Shown here piece by piece: positions 7,595 to 16,674 of a stretch of 64,000 nucleotides of DNA. The stretch is from positions 1 to 64,000 of the forward strand of contig CAWJQI010000005.1 of assembly GCA_963845085.1 (NCBI GenBank). The letters are read 5' to 3'. Within the stretch, counting starts at the first letter, position 1; every line of letters begins with the position of its first letter. The notes below the pieces were generated by a model. That model worked only from the letters and a program-made list of their open reading frames with translations. It was not told where the DNA came from and did no database searches. This DNA comes from Candidatus Fermentibacterota bacterium. Its GTDB lineage: Bacteria; Fermentibacterota; Fermentibacteria; Fermentibacterales; JCC-6. The position numbers and the translations under genes are program-made.

Positions 7595-9445
7595 CTAATA
7601 CGGGCTCGATGCCGGCTCCCTGCGCCGTCTTGCGAGCAGGAAGATGTCCCGTAATGCCTGCTCGCCCCGGGCAGCCCGCCACATCTTCTCGAAGTTCTCC
7701 TGCTGAACCGTTTGGGCGATTGCCGCCAGGCTTCTGAGATGAAAGTTTCTTTCCCTCATGGAACCGGCAAGAAAAACCACGGCTTGAACCGATGATGCCT
7801 CCTCGCTGAAGCGCACACCATCAGAGCAGCGCACCATGAGAACTTCGAACGAGGACAACCCTTCGAGAACGAGATGCGGGATGGCAAGATGGGGGGAGAT
7901 TGCTGTCGAGCTTTGTTCCTCGTGTTCTGCCAGAAGCGATCGCACCTTCCCCGGATCAACACCCATGCGGGATCCAAGGATATCGGCTGCCAGCTTGAAA
8001 AGCTCCTCCTTCGAATGCGAACCCGCAAGGTCAAGAACCGGGCAGGATTCAATGAGGGAGTCGAACCGGTCCGTCTCAATCCCATCGCGCTCCCGGATGA
8101 TTTCCCTGAGTTCGCTTTCGAGCAATCCCGACACCAGCTCCCTGGAGGTCAGCCGTTGAACGACGTGAAGCAGTGCGGATTCATGCATCGCCCTGGATCT
8201 GCCGTAGAACCAGTAGATAAGAAAGCCGGATACTGCCAGCCCGGTGCTTATCAGAAAAGCCTCTTCCTGCATCTCGATCAGAATGAAGCCGAACCCGATG
8301 AGCCCGATGATCTGAAGCCACGGATAAAGCGGAGCGCGGTAAGTGGGCCGGTAGTTCTGAATACCGCTTTCCCGGAGGATGATCACTGAAACAAGCGAAA
8401 GCATGTTCGTAAGAATCAACCCAAGAGAGGCCGCTTCGACAAGAGTATGCAGATCAAGAAACTGCGGCAGGATGACAAGCAATCCTGTCAGAAGAATCGC
8501 TGCATGGGGGGTGCCTGACCTTGATCCGGAACGGCTGAGGATCGATGGAACAATACCGTCACGACTCAGGGCGAGAAGGTACCGCGATCCTGCCATAATG
8601 CCCGCATTTGCCGTTGTGAGGAAGGCGAGAGAGGCAGCCAGCCCGATGAGCAACACTCCCGTGCCGCCCATGAGCAATCCGGCTCCGTCCGATATGGGTG
8701 TGAGAGTTGCGGCAAGTGCCGAGGGATCTGAAATGCCAACCGTCACACCGACCATCAGCACGTAAAAAATGCTGATCAGCACCAGGGAAAGGATCATCCC
8801 ATGCGGGAGGGTCTTTCCGGGATCCCTCACTTCCTCCGCCATGCTTGCAACTTTGAGCAGACCACCGAAGGCTACAAAAACAAGCCCCGCAGTGGAAAAG
8901 ACCGATGTGAGCCCTCCCGGAGCGAAGTTCTCGAACCTGGAGATGTCAACTTCGGGGAGTCCCCTGACCACGAACAGGAGCATCAGCCCCAGCAGAACCA
9001 TGACAAGGGCAACCTGAAGCTTTGCCGCTTCCTTCACTCCGGCAAGGTTTATACCCACGAAGGCAATTCCGAGGAGTACCCCCGACAACCTCATGTCAAC
9101 ACCAAGGATTACCTGGATTAGGGCTGCCATGCCAACGAGCGCGAATGAGCTCTTGAGAGAAAATGAGACCCAGTTGAGAACACCGGCGATGGTCCCGAAT
9201 GCCGGGCCCACACTTCTTGTAATGAAGAAATAGTCGCTTCCCGCCCGGGGCATGGCAGTGGACAGCTCGGCCGTGCTGAGCAACCCTGTCGAAGCCAGCA
9301 TCGCGGCAAGTGCATACGACATGATGACGGCCGGCCCTGCCTGGGCGAAGGCCATGCCGGGCAGAACGAAAATCCCTGAACTTATCATCGCTCCGGAGGC
9401 GATGCAGAAGACATGGATCAAGCCAAGATTCCTGTGAAGCTGCAT
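7595..9445 (-). CDS. APC-family amino acid permease with C-terminal PTS EIIA domain
   Basis: LGLIHVFCIASGAMISSGIFVLPG; AEEVRDP; C-terminal STAISPHLAIPHL and NFHLRSLAAIA. Start moved to the ATG at 9445 (GGAG upstream). Confidence 0.85.
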   Translation of the reverse strand: MQLHRNLGLIHVFCIASGAMISSGIFVLPGMAFAQAGPAVIMSYALAAMLASTGLLSTAELSTAMPRAGSDYFFITRSVGPAFGTIAGVLNWVSFSLKSSFALVGMAALIQVILGVDMRLSGVLLGIAFVGINLAGVKEAAKLQVALVMVLLGLMLLFVVRGLPEVDISRFENFAPGGLTSVFSTAGLVFVAFGGLLKVASMAEEVRDPGKTLPHGMILSLVLISIFYVLMVGVTVGISDPSALAATLTPISDGAGLLMGGTGVLLIGLAASLAFLTTANAGIMAGSRYLLALSRDGIVPSILSRSGSRSGTPHAAILLTGLLVILPQFLDLHTLVEAASLGLILTNMLSLVSVIILRESGIQNYRPTYRAPLYPWLQIIGLIGFGFILIEMQEEAFLISTGLAVSGFLIYWFYGRSRAMHESALLHVVQRLTSRELVSGLLESELREIIRERDGIETDRFDSLIESCPVLDLAGSHSKEELFKLAADILGSRMGVDPGKVRSLLAEHEEQSSTAISPHLAIPHLVLEGLSSFEVLMVRCSDGVRFSEEASSVQAVVFLAGSMRERNFHLRSLAAIAQTVQQENFEKMWRAARGEQALRDIFLLARRRREPASSPY

Positions 9446-9568
9446 GCAGCGCTCCAATCATGGCAAGGTCGGAGTACGGCAGCCGGAAGGGTTTCTTCCT
9501 GTCGGAACATAGTCGATCACTTTCCCGAAGTGCCAGAGTTACGTGCAGTACAGCATCAGCGGGCCGTG

Positions 9569-11404
9569 TCAGGCGTGATCCCGGGCTATCTTCCTTGCAA
9601 TGGTGATTCCCAGAGCCATGATGGTCAGGATGGGAGGTTGTCCCGGAGAAGCCGGGAAAAGGGATGAGTCGGCAACGTACACGTTGCCCGGCAGGCGATC
9701 GTGATGAAGGGTCACAGCCTCTGCACGGGTCAGGGGAAACATTCCTCCGGGATGACCGGCGTTCAATGTCCCGGTGAAAAGCTTCGCCCTCGGAATTCCA
9801 AAGCGGTCAAACACCTCCGCGCACAAGTCAACGGCTCCCGCAAGTTTCCCACGATCTTCGGGGCTCAGTTCCCTGCGGATCGAAGGGCCTTCAATGCATC
9901 CGTTCCCGGTGTCGGCCAGCTTGATCATAAGGCTCAGGATGTTGCTGGCCGGTGGTTTCCAGCCTTTGTTGAAAAAGTAGCTGAGATGATCGAAGTACGG
10001 TGACAGGATGAAGCCGTCGAGCCGGGCGATGAAGGGCATTGGCAACTCGCGGTTCTGGTTGGCTTCAGGGCAGGGGGCGGCAACACATAGAACCGGATCC
10101 ACGAATAGTCGCGGTTCGACAGGGATCCCGGAGTTTTCAAGAATGACGGGGGTTCCCAGCCCTCCGGCGGCGAGAACAACAAGGTCTGCGGGATGGAACA
10201 GGTGATGGCGACCACGCTTCACCATCACTCCGCGGGCTTCGCCTCCGTCGACAACGATTCTCTCGACTTCCGCCCCTGTAACCAATGCGGCGCCTCCTGC
10301 CACAGCCTCTCCGAGGAAAACACGGCTGTCCCACTTGACGCCGAACGGACAACCCAGCACGCATCTGCCGCAGTTTCTGCAGTTTTCGTAATGCCCCATC
10401 TTGGGTGTGGGAAACGGGTCAAGGCCGAGTTCCCGACAGGCGTTGAACAGACGGACCGTCGGCGGACGCCAGAGGCTCCCGTGGTCATCCGTGATGGGAA
10501 CGGACCTCCCCAGTTCATCAAAGGCTTCGTCCATGTCGATCCCGAGCTCTTTGAAACCCTGATCGAGACGGAATGCATTGGCTGTGGCAATCGTGGTGGT
10601 GCCACCCGTTCCCCGGCCGCGGACGACGATCATTCCATCGTTCGTTTTGATTGTTTGCATTGCCGGGAAAAGCAGGCTGATCTCACGGGGATCGACAAGG
10701 AGCCCCGCTCTCTTGCCCAGTTCAGGTACCCAAAGACCGGCAGTGAACGGTTTAAACTCACGTCCGGCTTCAAGTACCGTAACCTCAAACCTGCCCTGGA
10801 GCTCGCGGGCAACAGCGGCTCCGCCAGCCCCGCTTCCAACCACGACCACTTTCTTCATGGCATGTCCGCCGGGAAACTCGAAACGTGCCCTGCAGACCGG
10901 CCGGTTCTCAGTGATCCTCTCCGTGAATTCCAGACGGCCGCCACCGGCCAGCCCGGTCAGGATGCCCGCATCCAGCGCTGAGATCAATCCACAGGTTCCA
11001 GCCGTGTAGAAACCGGCGAAGAAGCATTTCTGAACAACGATCCCGCCTGCGCTCGACCAGTTCAAGTCAATGCCGAGGAGTCCGTAAAGCAGACGCGCCG
11101 CGCGCACGACGTCCGTTCTGGATTTCAGGCGGAGGCTGCAGCGAAGCTCCTGACCATAGACAAAGGCAGAATCATGAAGCCTTTTCACCACATCCATCGG
11201 CGAAACACCGCCCGCGAGACAACGTTCGGCACAAGCAGCCGTAAACCCGGCATACTCCCTGAGAATCCCGGCGTATGACAAGCCGTCGAAACGGGGTGTT
11301 TCGTTCCCGAAGGCCCGGGCTGTCAGGGCGAAAAGTCGCAGAAGTTCCCTCCTGCGAACGCGCCGCGGTATGTGGACTTCAGCGATGGAAAGACGCAGGT
11401 TCAA
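9569..11404 (-). CDS. GMC-family FAD oxidoreductase with an in-frame N-terminal V4R/ATC-hydrolase-like domain (or two genes; internal ATG at 10858)
   Basis: VVVVGSGAGG Rossmann motif, GRGTGGTT, CRNCGRCVLGC, LAAGGLGTP, GHPGG, VYVADSSLFP...PILTIMAL. The N-terminal part has a C...C...D...C pattern. Confidence 0.75.
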   Translation of the reverse strand: MNLRLSIAEVHIPRRVRRRELLRLFALTARAFGNETPRFDGLSYAGILREYAGFTAACAERCLAGGVSPMDVVKRLHDSAFVYGQELRCSLRLKSRTDVVRAARLLYGLLGIDLNWSSAGGIVVQKCFFAGFYTAGTCGLISALDAGILTGLAGGGRLEFTERITENRPVCRARFEFPGGHAMKKVVVVGSGAGGAAVARELQGRFEVTVLEAGREFKPFTAGLWVPELGKRAGLLVDPREISLLFPAMQTIKTNDGMIVVRGRGTGGTTTIATANAFRLDQGFKELGIDMDEAFDELGRSVPITDDHGSLWRPPTVRLFNACRELGLDPFPTPKMGHYENCRNCGRCVLGCPFGVKWDSRVFLGEAVAGGAALVTGAEVERIVVDGGEARGVMVKRGRHHLFHPADLVVLAAGGLGTPVILENSGIPVEPRLFVDPVLCVAAPCPEANQNRELPMPFIARLDGFILSPYFDHLSYFFNKGWKPPASNILSLMIKLADTGNGCIEGPSIRRELSPEDRGKLAGAVDLCAEVFDRFGIPRAKLFTGTLNAGHPGGMFPLTRAEAVTLHHDRLPGNVYVADSSLFPASPGQPPILTIMALGITIARKIARDHA

Positions 11405-11825
11405 GGCTCTTTTACCGATCCATCCTGATGCCTGATGCTCCTGAAGATGGCGAAGGCCGCGATCGCAAGGCCACCGTCCAGAACGCCGTTGACCAGCAGA
11501 ATGAAGTACGGGCTGTGCAGCATGAAGATGCCGAGGGAAAACAGGCTGCTTGCTGCCTTTGCCTGAGCAAGCAGAAGCGGGTGGACCGCAAGTGTTGGAA
11601 AGCGGAACATCCGCCAGGAAAGGATGGTCACTACGGCCATGTAAGCGGAGGTCATTGCGGAAAAAAACCCCTGCCCGTGGACCGGAGATTCACCCATGCC
11701 AAGACTTCTGCCGAGGGAGTTCAACCCTGTGAGCACTGACTCCGGAGCGAGCAGGAAAAAAAGCCCTGCCGACGCGAAGACCACTGAAAAAATAAACCGA
11801 TGGCTCGGACAGTTGCAGTCTTCAT
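11401..11825 (-). pseudogene. Four-TM membrane protein with an apparent frameshift at a T6 run (11787-11792)
   Basis: The ATG at 11825 overlaps the rSAM stop (ATGA) and reads MKTATVRAIGLFF. One extra T joins it to SVVFASAGLFFLLAPES... Confidence 0.6.
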
Positions 11826-13048
11826 GGGGTCCCCTTCCTCCTGCCGTCAAGTATTCGCTGGAAGCTTGATTGCCCTGAAAATGAAACATCCCCGACCAGG
11901 GCACGGGAAGCCTCAGGCTGTAGTGGAAGCCGATCTGTGTCGTATCGGGAATAGAGGGAGTAGTTGGCATTGGCGAAGCAGGTCGATGAGGGCTGGAACA
12001 CTGCCCGCATGTCATTCCAGATTTCCGGGAGCGGACGGTTGCGGACATTGCCGAAGGAGAGAGGCGTGAACACGCATGGGCTGACCTCGCCAAAGGCATC
12101 CACATACACCATCTTCGTTCCCGCATTGCATCCGAAGTGCTCTCCGCCTTCAAAGTGGCCAAGGTAGTTGACCGTCATCCCGCCTTTCCGGTTGTGACGA
12201 TCCTGAAGCGAAGCAAGCAGGGCCCGGTCTTCCTCACCGCACACGAATTCACCGCTCCAGTGTGCACGGCTCGAAGGCTTTACCTCGCTAAGCCAGGCTT
12301 CGTCGATCCCAAGGGTTTCGAGGAATTGAAGAAACCTGCCGGTTCCGCCCATCCGGATCATTTCCTTTGAAAGCACGGCTGAAACTCCGGTGTCCAGACC
12401 GACCGACTTGCAGACTTCTACAGCCCTGAGCGCCTCGTTGAATGCTCCCGGGCAGCCCCTGCCCCGGTCATGGATATCGGCTTCCCAATGATCGAGGCTG
12501 ACGGATACTGAAAACAGGCCGGCCTGCTTCAGTTTTTCAGCCAGTGCGGCCGTCAGACCGCTGCCGGTCGTAAACAGCTTGACCGAGCACTTTTCTGCCG
12601 CTTTTCGTACGATGGGTTCGATATCGTGATTGAGAAGCGGCTCCCCGCCTGTCAATCCGAGCCAGACGACCCCCATCTCCCCCAGCTCACGGATCGAATT
12701 CATGATTGTGGGGGTATCGATCGGCTCGCCTGTACGGTCGCGGTTGTAGCAGTAGGGGCAACGCTGGGGGCACGCGTTCGTCAGTGCGATCTGGGCGTGC
12801 GACGGACCCCGGCTTTTGCCAAGGATGTGCACATCCACGAAACGCGCAAACGCGGGGCTGTTGACGGGTGGAAGGTGCGAATGAAGGATGAGGCTGCTGC
12901 CCGACCTGCGCGGTTTGAACTTCCAGATGTATTTGATCAGAAAGAGGTTGACCGAAGGCCTGGCTTTGAGAAGCCGGGGATTCGTCGCCAGAGAAGCCAA
13001 TACCGCAGCTATTCGTCCTGGCATTTTCTTTAGCAGCCATCCAATCAA
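11822..13048 (-). CDS. Radical SAM protein with SPASM/twitch-like C-terminus; start uncertain
   Basis: CPQRCPYC, LTGGEPLL, VSVSLD; GCNAG...VDAFGEVSPC...GNV...C. Confidence 0.9.
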   Translation of the reverse strand: MIGWLLKKMPGRIAAVLASLATNPRLLKARPSVNLFLIKYIWKFKPRRSGSSLILHSHLPPVNSPAFARFVDVHILGKSRGPSHAQIALTNACPQRCPYCYNRDRTGEPIDTPTIMNSIRELGEMGVVWLGLTGGEPLLNHDIEPIVRKAAEKCSVKLFTTGSGLTAALAEKLKQAGLFSVSVSLDHWEADIHDRGRGCPGAFNEALRAVEVCKSVGLDTGVSAVLSKEMIRMGGTGRFLQFLETLGIDEAWLSEVKPSSRAHWSGEFVCGEEDRALLASLQDRHNRKGGMTVNYLGHFEGGEHFGCNAGTKMVYVDAFGEVSPCVFTPLSFGNVRNRPLPEIWNDMRAVFQPSSTCFANANYSLYSRYDTDRLPLQPEASRALVGDVSFSGQSSFQRILDGRRKGTP

Positions 13049-13091
13049 AGGCTGGTATCAACCCTGCCGGTTGCCCCGGTCAGCAGGCGGA

Positions 13092-13262
13092 TCAGCCCTG
13101 TCTGCCCCTGCTTGATGCAATTCTGAGCAACAACACACCGACGGCGCCTGCAGCGATCGGTGACCATGTCACGCCGGTAAGGTCTGTAATGTTGAGCTGA
13201 TAAAGGGCGAAGTCGGCGATGCCGAATGCAATGCATGCGTAGCCGAGTATTTTCAGCAACAT
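13092..13262 (-). CDS. 56-aa two-helix membrane protein absent from the ORF track
   Basis: MLLKILGYACIAFGIADFALYQLNITDLTGVTWSPIAAGAVGVLLLRIASSRGRQG*, with GAGGGG RBS and an upstream promoter. Confidence 0.7.
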   Translation of the reverse strand: MLLKILGYACIAFGIADFALYQLNITDLTGVTWSPIAAGAVGVLLLRIASSRGRQG

Positions 13263-13321
13263 GAAGGTCCCCTCTCTTCATCTTTGTTCCGGTGAACGGC
13301 CCGTTCCGGGCGAAGCGCCCG

Positions 13322-13350
13322 ATTATGTCCGGCAGAATAAAGCGGGTCAA
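13322..13350 (-). promoter_or_regulatory. Sigma70-like promoter for the small-ORF/rSAM/GMC operon
   Basis: TTGACC-N17-CATAAT on the minus strand. Confidence 0.55.
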
Positions 13351-13409
13351 CGGCGAATCCGTCGGCACCCCGGTAAAAGATAAGTCCGATACTGCCATCT
13401 GAAAGGACA

Positions 13410-13455
13410 TTGACGCTCCTGCATGGATTCATATATTCATATTTGTGAATGTATG
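13410..13455 (+). promoter_or_regulatory. ars promoter with overlapping ArsR-type operator
   Basis: TTGACG-N16-TATATT. The inverted repeat CATATATTCA-N6-TGAATGTATG (13430-13455, one mismatch) covers the -10 box. Confidence 0.6.
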
Positions 13456-13475
13456 TATAAATGAATGGAGATCTC

Positions 13476-13820
13476 ATGGACGAGGATGCTGCGCTGTTCA
13501 GGGCTCTCTCAGATCCCACGCGATTGAAGCTTGTCGTGATGCTCGCCAATGCGGGTGAAACCTGTGTCTGCAGGCTTACCGAAGCTTTGGAGACGTCTGA
13601 AAGCAATGTCTCAAGACATCTCAGGATACTTCGTGCGCAGGGCGTCGTGAAAGCCCGGAGACAGGGCACATGGATGCACTACAGCCTTGTCCCCAATGAA
13701 GAAGGTCCATTCCGTCACCTTGGGGAGTACCTGACCCTCGAGCTGCCCCGGAAACCCGGGGTCGCCCTGATGCTGAAACGACTCGAACAAAGCATGTGTG
13801 GAACACGGGAGGTTTCATGA
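13476..13820 (+). CDS. arsR: ArsR/SmtB-family repressor
   Basis: [26 protein letters not shown]...G.WMHYSL. GGAG RBS before the ATG at 13476. Confidence 0.9.
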   Translation: MDEDAALFRALSDPTRLKLVVMLANAGETCVCRLTEALETSESNVSRHLRILRAQGVVKARRQGTWMHYSLVPNEEGPFRHLGEYLTLELPRKPGVALMLKRLEQSMCGTREVS

Positions 13821-14983
13821 TGGCTGAAAGAAGGATGTCGAACCCTTTCGAACGCTACCTGACCATCTGGGTGATTCTCTGCATCATCGCCGGCGTGGCT
13901 CTCGGACGGACGGCTCCAGGCTTGGCGCAACGGCTCGATTCGATGGCGATAATGGTCAACGGTGCGCCTGTTGTCTCAATCCCGATCGCGATATGCCTCT
14001 TCCTCATGATGTACCCCATAATGGTGAAGATCGATTTCGGAAGGGTTGTCAGGGCTGGCAGGAACGGCAAGCCGGTGCTTCTGACCCTTTTCATAAACTG
14101 GTGCGTGAAGCCTTTCACCATGTACGGCATTGCCATGCTTTTCCTCGGCGTTCTCTTCCGCGGATTCATCGGCGCCGATGCAGTCGATCTCGTCAAGATG
14201 CCCTTCGGCCTTGACCTTCCCGTCGGGGCGGCGCACGGCGCGGGCACGGTGGTGCTTCATGAGGGGGTCCGCATGCTTGAAGTGCCGCTGTGGCGAAGCT
14301 ATCTTGCGGGCGCCATCCTCCTTGGCGTGGCTCCCTGCACGGCCATGGTCCTGGTCTGGAATTACCTCGCGAGGGGAAACGACGGACTCACGCTCGTGAT
14401 GGTCGCCATCAATTCGCTCACCATGCTTCTTCTCTACGGGATTCTCGGCGGGTTTCTTCTTGGTGTCGGCAGACTTCCCGTCCCCTGGCAGGCGCTTCTG
14501 CTCTCCATAGGGATCTACGTGGCCCTTCCGCTTCTCGCGGGCTTCCTTTCCCGCAAGTGGATCATTGCAGCCAGAGGCGTGGAATGGTTCGAGAACAGGT
14601 TCCTCCACATCCTCACCCCGGTGACGATCAGCGCGCTGCTCCTCACCCTTGTGCTCCTTTTCAGCTTCAAGGGCGATGTCATCGTGTCAAATCCCCTTAC
14701 AATCCTCTGGATAGCGGTCCCCCTCTTCATCCAGACCATTCTGATCTTCACGCTCGGTTACTGGCTGGCCCGAAAGCTCCGTCTCCCGTATGAAGACGCC
14801 GCCCCCGCTGCCATGATTGGCGCTTCCAACCACTTCGAGGTGGCCATCGCCACTGCGACAATGCTTTTCGGCCTTTCTTCCGGCGCAGCCCTGGCCACGG
14901 TAGTCGGCGTGCTCATTGAAGTCCCGGTGATGCTGATGCTGGTGAGGTTCTGCACTCGTACAAGGAGTTACTTCCATTCTTGA
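13817..14983 (+). CDS. acr3: ACR3-family arsenite efflux transporter
   Basis: [56 protein letters not shown] overlap with arsR. Confidence 0.95.
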   Translation: MMAERRMSNPFERYLTIWVILCIIAGVALGRTAPGLAQRLDSMAIMVNGAPVVSIPIAICLFLMMYPIMVKIDFGRVVRAGRNGKPVLLTLFINWCVKPFTMYGIAMLFLGVLFRGFIGADAVDLVKMPFGLDLPVGAAHGAGTVVLHEGVRMLEVPLWRSYLAGAILLGVAPCTAMVLVWNYLARGNDGLTLVMVAINSLTMLLLYGILGGFLLGVGRLPVPWQALLLSIGIYVALPLLAGFLSRKWIIAARGVEWFENRFLHILTPVTISALLLTLVLLFSFKGDVIVSNPLTILWIAVPLFIQTILIFTLGYWLARKLRLPYEDAAPAAMIGASNHFEVAIATATMLFGLSSGAALATVVGVLIEVPVMLMLVRFCTRTRSYFHS

Positions 14984-15038
14984 CGCCGAAGGCCCGGGAA
15001 AATAGGGTTGACTGGTGTTTGCCGACAGGAGGACGCCG

Positions 15039-15365
15039 TTGAACGATTCACGTGATCTTGCCCGGGCATTCAAGGTGCTTTCGGTCGACGCACGGGTCAG
15101 GATCGTTATGTTTCTGAAGAGAAGGCCGATGTGCGTCAATGCTCTGGCCGCCAGCCTCGAAATGACTCCCGCAGCGGTTTCGCAGCATCTGAGGGTGTTG
15201 AGGGATGGCGGTGTGGTTCTCGACTGCAGGAACGGCAACTTCGTTCATTACAGCCTGAACCCGGAAACGATGGCCGTATGGAGATCAATGACGTCGGACC
15301 TGCTTGAATGCGGCGCTCCGTCGGAACGCTGTGCCGCAGAAGGCGGCAAAGCGTGCGCCACATAG
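15039..15365 (+). CDS. Second ArsR/SmtB-family regulator
   Basis: FKVLSVDARVRI, MCVNALA, AVSQHLRVLR, GNFVHYSLN. TTG start after AGGAGG. Confidence 0.85.
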   Translation: MNDSRDLARAFKVLSVDARVRIVMFLKRRPMCVNALAASLEMTPAAVSQHLRVLRDGGVVLDCRNGNFVHYSLNPETMAVWRSMTSDLLECGAPSERCAAEGGKACAT

Positions 15366-15370
15366 GGGCA

Positions 15371-15399
15371 TTGCACGAGGCTCGGGAATTGCGCATACT
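15371..15399 (+). promoter_or_regulatory. Sigma70-like promoter
   Basis: TTGCAC-N17-CATACT with an extended TG. Confidence 0.4.
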
Positions 15400-15440
15400 A
15401 GTTTGAGAGTGAATCCCGGAGGGGCAGAAGGGTCACTTTA

Positions 15441-16244
15441 TTGCCTGATTTTTCTCACGCCGACACCCTGCTGGGTGTACTTGAATCGGTTTCCGAGCCA
15501 GTCGTCTCCTACAACGAATCCATGCGGATCGCATGGATGAACCCTGCGGCCGAGATATTCCTCGGCATCAGCATTGAGCGGGCCAGGGGTCTTTCCTGCA
15601 TCGACATCTTCCCCGATGACCTTCCATGCCGCAACAACTGCCCGGTGCGCAAGGCATTGAGGGAGTGGGAAACGGTGGCCCTCCTGACTGAGGGGCTTGC
15701 CACGGGAGACTGCCTGCTTACCGCTGTTCCTCTCCTCCAGGACGAGGGCGACAGAAGAGTGCTGGAGATCATCCAAGGCTCCTTCATGGAGATACCCAAG
15801 GCTCCGTTCAGATCGAGGATACTCGAGGAGCTGAACCGCGCTTTCGGGATGGATGAGGCAGCCCCCGTCCTTGTGAACGCAATGAGGGAAGTCGCCGGAC
15901 CTGTGGGTGCCGGCGTCTACTCGATAGACGGGAACGGCTTCACGCTGGTGTCAGGGCTCGGAGTCAGGCAGTCGATGGAACGGATCCCGCACCTTGACAT
16001 GATATCGCATTCTCCTCTTTACGTGAGGTCTTCCTCGGTTTTCCCCGACCCTCCGGAGAAGGACCTTCCGGATGAACTCTCGATACTTCCCATCTACGGT
16101 CCGGACGGTCCCGAAGGCCTTCTGCTCTGCTGCACGATTCCCGATTCCGACGGCAGGGAAAGGCTCGAGGAGCTTCAATCCGTAATGAGCATCGCAATGA
16201 GAAGGTTCATGCTCGCCGAAGGATGCCGGAGGCATCAGGGGTGA
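15441..16244 (+). CDS. PAS-domain protein with GAF-like C-terminal half and no output domain
   Basis: IAWMNPAAEIFLG...GLSCIDIF...CRNNCPV. Confidence 0.65.
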   Translation: MPDFSHADTLLGVLESVSEPVVSYNESMRIAWMNPAAEIFLGISIERARGLSCIDIFPDDLPCRNNCPVRKALREWETVALLTEGLATGDCLLTAVPLLQDEGDRRVLEIIQGSFMEIPKAPFRSRILEELNRAFGMDEAAPVLVNAMREVAGPVGAGVYSIDGNGFTLVSGLGVRQSMERIPHLDMISHSPLYVRSSSVFPDPPEKDLPDELSILPIYGPDGPEGLLLCCTIPDSDGRERLEELQSVMSIAMRRFMLAEGCRRHQG

Positions 16245-16281
16245 ACCGGGCTATATTCCTTCCGGACCGAATGGAGGGCTG

Positions 16282-16674
16282 ATGGAACTCACCGCCGCCA
16301 TGAACGCGTTTCACTGCCTTACCCGGCAGGTCGAACCCCACATGACCGCTGCGGCCGTCGGGTCCGGCGGCCTTGAAGTGCTGTCCACACCGTGGATGAT
16401 CGCATTGATGGAATCCGCCTCGAGGGATGCGGTCCAGGGGTTTCTTCCTGCGGGATACACCACGGTGGGAACCCGTGTCGACATCAGACACACAGCCCCC
16501 CTGTTCCTTGGTGCGCAGGTAACGGTCGAGAGCAGGCTCGTCGAGATCAAAGGCAGGCTTTTGATGTTCGAGGTGAGGGCCTTCGGTGAAAACGGCGAGA
16601 TCGGTTCCGGAAACCATGAGAGGGCAGTCGTGAACATGGACAGGTTCCTGTCCAACATGAAGAAAGGCACCTGA
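16282..16674 (+). CDS. Hot-dog thioesterase (fluoroacetyl-CoA thioesterase-like)
   Basis: TAAAVGSGGLEVLSTPWMIALME; TTVGTRVDIRHTAP; GNHERAVV. Confidence 0.9.
   Translation: MELTAAMNAFHCLTRQVEPHMTAAAVGSGGLEVLSTPWMIALMESASRDAVQGFLPAGYTTVGTRVDIRHTAPLFLGAQVTVESRLVEIKGRLLMFEVRAFGENGEIGSGNHERAVVNMDRFLSNMKKGT

Noticed and set aside
11826..12162. N-terminal extension of the 253-aa ORF 11401-12162
   Set aside because: It overlaps the rSAM gene out of frame and is better explained by the frameshift at ~11790.
13045..13410. 121-aa minus-strand ORF
   Set aside because: It spans a promoter and is out of frame with the better-supported 56-aa gene.
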